NCBI GenBank assembly: GCA_018714755.1
Contig: DVMY01000085.1
Coordinates: 12,222 to 76,221 of the forward strand
DNA from: Candidatus Aphodousia faecigallinarum
Lineage (GTDB): Bacteria; Pseudomonadota; Gammaproteobacteria; Burkholderiales; Burkholderiaceae_F
Length of the DNA stretch: 64,000 nucleotides
Direction: 5' to 3'
The position numbers and the translations under genes are program-made. The notes under the pieces are model-generated. The model ran no database searches. It was not told the origin of the DNA and worked only from the letters and a program-made list of their open reading frames with translations. Shown in pieces: positions 57,475-64,000 of this stretch (position 1 is its first letter; each line of letters begins with the position of its first letter).

Positions 57475-59532
57475 TTAGAACTTGGCATTCAACTTCACCG
57501 CAAAATGCCTGCCGGGTTCGTAAATAGATCCGTTATTTTGATATTTCTTGTCGGCAATGTTGTAAAAGCCAGCATCTAAGCTGTAAGCATTTTGAGGACC
57601 GAAGGACGCGCCGGCAGTAATATTGAATGTTGTCGCACCTCCATAGCTTGTGATCGTCGGTTTTTCAGCAACCATATCGTGGCTTTCAGTAGCGCTTTGA
57701 GAGATTGCGTACACATCGGCGCGCAGATTGGCGCCATCATATGAGGTGTTGTAGCGAACGCCGTAACGAGCGGTTACTTTGGGAGTGCCAGACTTGGTGG
57801 TTTTGATCCCGTTTTCCTGATACTCACGCCTCAAAAGCGTTAAGGTTGTGTACGGTTCGAAGTTACCTAATTTGACACTACCGTCCAATTCAAAACCAAT
57901 GGTTTTTGCTTTGCCAACATTGGTGTATTGCGAGATTTTATCGGTTATTGGAATCGTCGTAATATAGTCGTCAGCATCGCTATAAAAAAGAGCAGCATCT
58001 AATGTCAATGAACCATTTGAGTATCTCGAGCCGATTTCAAAGTTATTTGACGTTTCCGGCTTCAGATCGGGATTGGCTAAAGTTGAGCCGCCGCTCATCC
58101 CCATTGAAGTGTCAACATAAAGTTCTTGTAAGAGGGGGTAGCGGTAACCTTGGGACCAATTGGCGCGAAGCGATAGATTTTCAATTGGTTTCCAAGTGGC
58201 GCCCAAGTTGAAAACGACCTTTCCATCGCTGCCATCGTTTGAACTATCCTGACTAGATCCTTTTTTTACTTTGATGTCCATTTCGCTGTCAAACCATGTA
58301 TAGCGAAGACCATAATTCAAAGAAAGGGTGTCTAGAATGGAGCTATCCATGGTGGCAAAAACAGAATGACGTGTCATCTTTCCGTCAAAGTCTTTGCTTG
58401 ACATAGTGTCATTCATCAAACTGATATAGGTAGAACTATTGGCATCAAGATCGTCTAAACTGAATTCATAGCCGGTGATCAAATAATGATTTTCACCAAG
58501 TTGCCAATCTGTTTGAATAGACGCGCTCGTTGTATTAAGTTTGTTGTCAGCATTGTTTTCCACGTAATAAGGCACCACGATCTGTCCCGTTGGCATGGAA
58601 TCGGCAACATGGTTTGTCATGAGTTTATTGTTTTGTTCGTGGCCCACATCAATACGGACTCGCATTAAATTGTCTGTTAAGTTTTTGAATTCACCAAAAA
58701 TAGCTCCGCGAGTTCTTTTCCATTCCGGAACTTCTACCCAAAAATCATCCGGGTTGGCGTAGGTGATGCTTCCAGACGAAAAATCTAAATCATAGTGGCT
58801 TGCCGAAATACCAATTGTTTTATTGGCGTCAATATCATAGGAGAGGAAAAAGTCGGCTGATTTTGCGCTGAAATCTGTGTGTGGCATTTCACCGGCAGGC
58901 GTATCTAAATCATCGTGATCTTGAATGCCAGCCCCCAATCTATAATTCCAGCCCTCGTGAGATCCTGAAATAGAGAAGGAGGCGTCTTTGCCGTTTGATG
59001 AGGAGTTAAAGCCGGTGGAAACGGAGGCCTGCAGTGGTTTTTCGCCTCCTTTTTTCGTGATGATATTAATTGCGCCGCCAATGGCGTCCGAGCCATAAAG
59101 GACGGAGGCGGGACCACGAATAACTTCAATGCGCTCGACTTGAGAAGGATCTATCAGGAGAGGAACGCCGGACATTGATTTTTGTTCGGAAATTCTTTGC
59201 CCGTCTACCATTACAACAGTTCGGAAAGCATCTTCTCCACGGATTTTGATTCGATCAATGCCTTGTCCGCCATCATTGTTAACACGAATTCCGGGAACAT
59301 TGCTTTCTAGTAAATCGGCAATGGTTTGTGCGCCAGAACTCTGTTCAATATCTTCACTTGTGATGACGGAAACGCTCATGTTAACGTCAGCAAGTTGCTG
59401 CTCGACGCGAGAAGCGGTCACGACCACATCCTGAGCTTTGTAATTTTCAGCGGCTTGTGCGCTGACTAAGGGAAGAGACAGGGCCACTGCTACAGCAAGG
59501 CTTGTTTTCTTGAAAGAGAGACTTTTTGTCAT
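57475..59532 (-). CDS. TonB-dependent outer membrane receptor, probable heme/porphyrin
   Basis: Signal peptide, TonB box DVVVTA, plug RIEVIRGPASVLYGSDAIGGAINI, FRAP/NPNL-like YRYP...NPDLKPE, C-terminal Phe; hutW/hutX context. Confidence 0.88.
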   Translation of the reverse strand: MTKSLSFKKTSLAVAVALSLPLVSAQAAENYKAQDVVVTASRVEQQLADVNMSVSVITSEDIEQSSGAQTIADLLESNVPGIRVNNDGGQGIDRIKIRGEDAFRTVVMVDGQRISEQKSMSGVPLLIDPSQVERIEVIRGPASVLYGSDAIGGAINIITKKGGEKPLQASVSTGFNSSSNGKDASFSISGSHEGWNYRLGAGIQDHDDLDTPAGEMPHTDFSAKSADFFLSYDIDANKTIGISASHYDLDFSSGSITYANPDDFWVEVPEWKRTRGAIFGEFKNLTDNLMRVRIDVGHEQNNKLMTNHVADSMPTGQIVVPYYVENNADNKLNTTSASIQTDWQLGENHYLITGYEFSLDDLDANSSTYISLMNDTMSSKDFDGKMTRHSVFATMDSSILDTLSLNYGLRYTWFDSEMDIKVKKGSSQDSSNDGSDGKVVFNLGATWKPIENLSLRANWSQGYRYPLLQELYVDTSMGMSGGSTLANPDLKPETSNNFEIGSRYSNGSLTLDAALFYSDADDYITTIPITDKISQYTNVGKAKTIGFELDGSVKLGNFEPYTTLTLLRREYQENGIKTTKSGTPKVTARYGVRYNTSYDGANLRADVYAISQSATESHDMVAEKPTITSYGGATTFNITAGASFGPQNAYSLDAGFYNIADKKYQNNGSIYEPGRHFAVKLNAKF

Positions 59533-59584
59533 TTTAGTCGGTAGAGAAACAGTTATTAGCTTTTCTCTTTGGGTTAAAAAAACT

Positions 59585-60988
59585 TTACTTTGTTTGAGTC
59601 AGTCGTTTGCCTAACACATTGACCAACAATTGGGCCATCGTGGTGTGCCAGAATTGACCGGCAATGGTCTGTACCATCCAGTCTCCCACCGGAGTGATCA
59701 GCCCGGCTTGGGACCATTGATCAAAAACATCTTGGCTAAGCTTTTCAAGAGGTAGCGAATAAACGTCACTAAGGCTACGCATATTGATGCGCCCGAGTTC
59801 CATTTCAGAGGAGATCGTGCGTAGGGCATGCCAGTAGGCGCCGGGTGCACTGGCAAAAGCGATCGGCTTAATTCCAGCTTCAATCTTTTTGCTCCATTCG
59901 TCGTACTTTCGTTCGATCATGAAGCTATAGCCATTGAGTTTCCCTCCGGCTCCGCTACCAAATGCCAGGCAGTCTGCAGCGCTTTTGCCAAAGCGGTTGT
60001 AAATATTGCGTTCGCGGAAGGTTTGGCACCAGTGATTGTTGGACAAACGGCGCCACTGGGCTTTTGTTAAAAGGTCAACAGAAAGGGCAAACATCTCGCC
60101 TCGTTCTTCTTTATCAGCTCCTGCAGGCAGCTTGCCATTTGCGATGAATTTCCCAAGAGGGGACTTTTCGAAGACATTCAGTTGGTAACAGTCCACTCCG
60201 TCCAAAGGCAAAGAAATGGCGGTTTTGACGTCATCTTCCCAAACAGCCATATCTTGATAAGGAAAGCCATAGATTAAGTCACAAACAATGCTGGCTTGAT
60301 TGAACGAAGCGAGTTTTTCGATGGATCGAATCATGGAGTCTCGATCATCGACACGTCGCATGGTTTGACGCACTTGAGTGTTAAAAGTTTGTACGCCTAG
60401 GGAGACTCTGTTGACACCGGCTTTAAAGGCAGCCTCCATTTTTTCTTCGGGGAAATGGTGAATCCGTCCTTCAAGGGTGATTTCACAGTCGTTGGCTAGG
60501 GGAAGATAGGTTCTGACGGCTTTAATTAAACGATAAAGGTCATGGGGTTCAAGCGCAGTTGGTGTGCCGCCGCCAAAATAAACAGCATGGATTGGCTCAT
60601 GATTTTGAGCGGCCAAATCGCTCCAAAGTTGTAATTCTTTGATTAAAAGATCTGTGTAATGAAGGCTGGATTCTGGTTGTAGGGGATTTTGGTAAAAAAG
60701 GCAGTACAGACAACGCGTTTCGCAAAATGGGATATTGATATAAGCCAAACTTGTACCTTGTCGACTATTTCTGTATTGATTCTTAATTACAGGAATGGCC
60801 TCATCTCCAACGTAACTTTGTCCAGGAATATGAGTGTGAACGGTAGCTTTTCCACGGAAAGCGTTCTTTAGGGGATTATCAGTGATTTCTGCTTCAAAGT
60901 TAACCATGTCCTCAAGAGCAGAGACCTGGCTTCCCATCATGGAACGTTGGGAAGATTCAAAGGATTTATGAAGGCTTTTTAACTGCAT
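59585..60988 (-). CDS. hutW: anaerobic heme-degrading radical SAM methyltransferase ChuW/HutW
   Basis: IPFCETRCLYC, AVYFGGGTPTAL, LPLANDCEITLEGR, HW...RERNIYN and AGQFW motifs; with hutX and a TonB-dependent receptor. Confidence 0.9.
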   Translation of the reverse strand: MQLKSLHKSFESSQRSMMGSQVSALEDMVNFEAEITDNPLKNAFRGKATVHTHIPGQSYVGDEAIPVIKNQYRNSRQGTSLAYINIPFCETRCLYCLFYQNPLQPESSLHYTDLLIKELQLWSDLAAQNHEPIHAVYFGGGTPTALEPHDLYRLIKAVRTYLPLANDCEITLEGRIHHFPEEKMEAAFKAGVNRVSLGVQTFNTQVRQTMRRVDDRDSMIRSIEKLASFNQASIVCDLIYGFPYQDMAVWEDDVKTAISLPLDGVDCYQLNVFEKSPLGKFIANGKLPAGADKEERGEMFALSVDLLTKAQWRRLSNNHWCQTFRERNIYNRFGKSAADCLAFGSGAGGKLNGYSFMIERKYDEWSKKIEAGIKPIAFASAPGAYWHALRTISSEMELGRINMRSLSDVYSLPLEKLSQDVFDQWSQAGLITPVGDWMVQTIAGQFWHTTMAQLLVNVLGKRLTQTK

Positions 60989-61031
60989 TACCAGCCCTTA
61001 TCAAAAAGATTAGACTAATAAAATCATTATT

Positions 61032-61051
61032 AGAAATGATAATCATTATCA
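61032..61051. promoter_or_regulatory. Fur box
   Basis: TGATAAT-C-ATTATCA (61037-61051) is a perfect 7-1-7 Fur consensus; 16/19 match to GATAATGATAATCATTATC; about 50 nt upstream of hutW. Confidence 0.9.
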
Positions 61052-61077
61052 ATGGAAGTCGAATAATAAGGATCTAT

Positions 61078-61091
61078 TTGATAATTTTCAA
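61078..61091. promoter_or_regulatory. FNR-like binding site
   Basis: TTGAT-AATT-TTCAA is a 9/10 match to TTGAT-N4-ATCAA, upstream of the Fur box relative to hutW. Confidence 0.5.
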
Positions 61092-61165
61092 TAAATCCTA
61101 ATTATTTGATAGAGAAAAACTATCGAAAATTAAATCTTGATAGTTTTTATAAATGATATAGATTC

Positions 61166-62998
61166 TTATTTAGTGCTTTCGGCAAGGGCTCTTTTATTTT
61201 CTAGCTCTTCCCAACGTTGGTAGTCCTGATTAATTTGCGTTTCTAAGTTTTGAAGGAACTCCGTTTGTTCTTTGATCTCTTGAGCATTATGGCTCGTGTA
61301 ATAATCTGGAGCATTCATTGACGAAATTAACTCGTCTCGCTCGGCTTCCAACTGCATCAGGTGTTCAGGCAAGGTCTCCAATTCTTTATTTTCTTTGTAG
61401 CTTAATTTGATTTTGGTCTGTTTAGGCTTTTTTGGTACAACTTTGTCAGCGATCTCAGCCTTTTTAACAGCTGACTCTACTTTCGGTTTGTAGTGTTGCC
61501 AATCTGAGTAGCCGCCAACATATTCTCGCCAAAGGCCATTGCCTTCGGGAGCCAAAACTTCCGTTACAACATTGTCCAGAAATCTTCGATCATGACTGAC
61601 AAGAATCAGAGTGCCGGGATAGTTTTGGAGCGTTTGCTCAAGTAACTCCAAGGAATCAATATCCAGATCGTTAGTCGGTTCGTCTAACACAAGCAAATTG
61701 GCTGGCAGAGCGAATAATCGAGCAAGTAGCAGACGGTTACGTTCGCCTCCGGATAAATTGGAAACCGGAACATTGGCTCTTCTTGGCGGAAAGAGAAAAT
61801 CGCCAAGGTAGGCCATGATGTGTTTCTTTGAGCCGCCCACTTCAATCCACTCACTGCCCGGTGAAATGGTTTCAGCCACGGTTTTATTGGGATCTAATTG
61901 GGCTCGCAGTTGGTCAAAATAAGCGATTTGCAGGTTGGTTCCCAGTTTGATTGTTCCGCTATCAGGCTGGCGTTTCCCCAAAATAAGAGAAATCAAAGTG
62001 CTTTTACCAACACCGTTGTGACCGACTAAACCTAAACGGTCTCCTCTCAATAACCTGAAATTCAAATCTTTGACAATGATTTTATCGCCAAAAGCCAAGC
62101 TGACCTTTTCCAACTCAGCCACAATCTTGCCGCTTTTCATGCCAGCATCAATATTGAGATTGATTTGTCCCAAACGATCTCGTCTGGCCGCACGATCTTC
62201 ACGCAAGCGCTCCAGTCGCCTTACCCGACCTTCGTTTCTGGTTCTTCGCGCTTCAATTCCTTTTCGTATCCAGACTTCTTCCTGAGCCCAAAACTTATCA
62301 AATTTTCTGCGAGCAATATCTTCAGCCGCCAGTTCCTGCTCTTTTCGGTTTTCATACGCTTCGAAATTTCCGGGGTAACTTCTGAGAACCCCTCGATCCA
62401 ACTCAATAATGCGGGTGCTGACAGAGTCCAAGAACGCTCTGTCATGAGTGATCACCATCAAAGATTTAGAGCCTCGATATTCTGATTTAATTAACTCTTC
62501 CAGAATCAAAATGGCATCAATATCCAAATGATTGGTCGGTTCGTCCAAAAGAAGGAGATCTTTGTTTTGGGTAAAAGCGAGTGCTAAAGCGGCGCGTTTT
62601 TTCTCTCCTCCGCTGGCTCCCTGCAGAGGTCTGTCACCGTCGAGTTCAAAACGATGTAAGTACTCGTCAAGACGCGCGATTTGCCGCCACTTTACCTGTT
62701 CATCGTTTTCTTCGTTAAGTTTTCCACGCAAAATGAGTGATTCTCTGAGTGTATGGGCCTCAGGTAAAAAAGGTTCCTGCTCGACGTATGCAATGCCCAA
62801 TCCATCCATAACCGTTTTAGAACCGTCATCAAGTTTGTCTGCTCCGGCGATAATGCGTAAAAGAGAACTTTTCCCCGTGCCGTTACGTCCGATAACACCA
62901 ATCCTCTCACCGTCCATTACCGTGAGATTGGCGTGGTCCAAAAGAGGCTGATCGCCAAAAGCCAGCTCAGCATCCTGCAGAGTTAATAAAGTGGTCAT
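61166..62998 (-). CDS. uup: ABC-F family ATPase Uup
   Basis: Two ABC domains, linker EEVWIRKGIEARRTRNEGRVRRL, C-terminal KLSYKE..EL..LP coiled coil. Confidence 0.92.
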   Translation of the reverse strand: MTTLLTLQDAELAFGDQPLLDHANLTVMDGERIGVIGRNGTGKSSLLRIIAGADKLDDGSKTVMDGLGIAYVEQEPFLPEAHTLRESLILRGKLNEENDEQVKWRQIARLDEYLHRFELDGDRPLQGASGGEKKRAALALAFTQNKDLLLLDEPTNHLDIDAILILEELIKSEYRGSKSLMVITHDRAFLDSVSTRIIELDRGVLRSYPGNFEAYENRKEQELAAEDIARRKFDKFWAQEEVWIRKGIEARRTRNEGRVRRLERLREDRAARRDRLGQINLNIDAGMKSGKIVAELEKVSLAFGDKIIVKDLNFRLLRGDRLGLVGHNGVGKSTLISLILGKRQPDSGTIKLGTNLQIAYFDQLRAQLDPNKTVAETISPGSEWIEVGGSKKHIMAYLGDFLFPPRRANVPVSNLSGGERNRLLLARLFALPANLLVLDEPTNDLDIDSLELLEQTLQNYPGTLILVSHDRRFLDNVVTEVLAPEGNGLWREYVGGYSDWQHYKPKVESAVKKAEIADKVVPKKPKQTKIKLSYKENKELETLPEHLMQLEAERDELISSMNAPDYYTSHNAQEIKEQTEFLQNLETQINQDYQRWEELENKRALAESTK

Positions 62999-63005
62999 TA
63001 TTCGC

Positions 63006-64000
63006 TTACGGTCGTTGTAATGGTTGAGCTAATTGTTCCGCATCAAGTGATTCAATCGTGCCGTTAGAAATTAAAGCAGGTTGAGCAATACGCTCAACAT
63101 TGGCGGTTTGACTTTGTTTAAAGGATAAATTTCCAGTTGTTCCGCTCATCTGAATGTCAGATTGCCAGTTCATCCAAATGCGCGCGAGACGGTAGGCATC
63201 CACGCCGATTGCAAAGAGTCTGCGCTCCAAAAGAGAGGCGGGAGGGTTAACTCCAAAGCTGGCTCTAAAGTCAGCGTCGTTATAACGAACGATTAGTGGA
63301 GAATCAACAAAACCAGCGTTTTGAAGATCGTAGGCCAAAGAGGCGGTGAAGCTTTGCTCGGTATTGCCGGGATTAATCAGGCTAGTACCCCAAACTCTGG
63401 TTGTGCGGGGCAACCGGGGTTTAACCAAAGCAGCGGTTCTGGCATCCATAGCTAAAAAGGCGGCTTGATAGGGCGCTTCTTCAAATTCGATCTTTGCTCT
63501 GTATTGAGCCAATAATTTCTCGTTACGAAGTTTTACTCGTTGATAGCCATAAGGGTCTTCCGTCCGATCGGGTAACGTCTCTAAACGAGGTTTAGGGATG
63601 CTACTGTCTTCAAGGTTATAGAACTTCGGCTGTTCCATTAATTCTTTGGTTAATTGTTGGCGAGTAAATGGAATGTTGGCCGCTTGTAATTCTTTAGCAA
63701 AAGCGTCTGCAATACGATGCTCCAAAGGGGCAATGGATTCAAAGATGGCCACCGTTGGGGTAGAAGCATAGTTGCTGTTAGATAACGCTTTAACCGCAAT
63801 AGCCGTGATTTGTTTGACTTCCTCTTCTTGAGAAAGTGAGTAATTCATCATTAACTCAGGCGAGGAAACACCATCTTGGGGCAAATTAAGTGAAACAACC
63901 GGAAGAGGTAAGAAAGGTAATTTAGAGACCTCATTCACATCATCCCTGCTGATAGGGCCGATGGCCACCAGCGCCCCCATAAGGGCCGCATCTTGTAGGT
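63006..64000 (-). CDS. penicillin-binding protein activator LpoA/LppC family (5' end outside window)
   Basis: IGPISRDDV, RLFAIGVDAYRL and GTTGNLS motifs; reading frame stays open to the window edge. Confidence 0.7.
   Translation of the reverse strand, partial: LQDAALMGALVAIGPISRDDVNEVSKLPFLPLPVVSLNLPQDGVSSPELMMNYSLSQEEEVKQITAIAVKALSNSNYASTPTVAIFESIAPLEHRIADAFAKELQAANIPFTRQQLTKELMEQPKFYNLEDSSIPKPRLETLPDRTEDPYGYQRVKLRNEKLLAQYRAKIEFEEAPYQAAFLAMDARTAALVKPRLPRTTRVWGTSLINPGNTEQSFTASLAYDLQNAGFVDSPLIVRYNDADFRASFGVNPPASLLERRLFAIGVDAYRLARIWMNWQSDIQMSGTTGNLSFKQSQTANVERIAQPALISNGTIESLDAEQLAQPLQRP

Noticed and set aside
59585-60988. Idea that heme degradation supplies CO to compensate for the missing HydG
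   Set aside because: ChuW/HutW open the ring by radical methylation to anaerobilin and are not known to release CO; CN would also remain unexplained.
1-64000. CRISPR arrays, tRNA/rRNA, IS elements, prophage or defence genes
   Set aside because: No repeat-spacer periodicity, cloverleaf, transposase, integrase or phage genes seen; the intergenic gaps are short.

Overview
A gene-dense chromosomal window from a Burkholderiales-type betaproteobacterium. Gene order (birA-coaX-SPOR, rsmB-DUF4390-NtrY/NtrX-like-trkAH, dprA-topB, pyrE/xth) plus menA, menK and an [FeFe]-hydrogenase suggests the anaerobic gut family Sutterellaceae (inference). I found no rRNA, tRNA, CRISPR array or transposase. The first ~41 kb is mostly housekeeping (gatCAB, pyrE, xth, rsuA, ampG, trkAH, fmt/def, topB, an Aap-type amino-acid ABC system lacking its ATPase, tex, prfC). 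It includes two apparent pseudo-enzymes: a D,D-carboxypeptidase with all three catalytic motifs lost, and a degenerate DprA. The region 41.8-61 kb is a minus-strand anaerobic-energy and iron block with three parts. (i) A Tat-exported [FeFe]-hydrogenase HydAB with a cytochrome b anchor, hydF and hydE but no hydG, and a structured 5' leader. (ii) The methylmenaquinone methyltransferase MenK. (iii) A heme-utilisation operon with a perfect Fur box and an FNR-like site: radical-SAM HutW/ChuW, TonB-dependent receptor, MptD-family ECF transporter (S, T, double ATPase), HutX, flavodoxin, ExbB-ExbD-TonB. The best candidate for an undescribed system is this heme operon. It pairs an outer-membrane receptor, whose two canonical heme-ligating His positions both appear to be Met, with a Gram-positive-style ECF importer and no periplasmic binding protein. 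All family assignments come from motif recognition and recall; no database searches were run.
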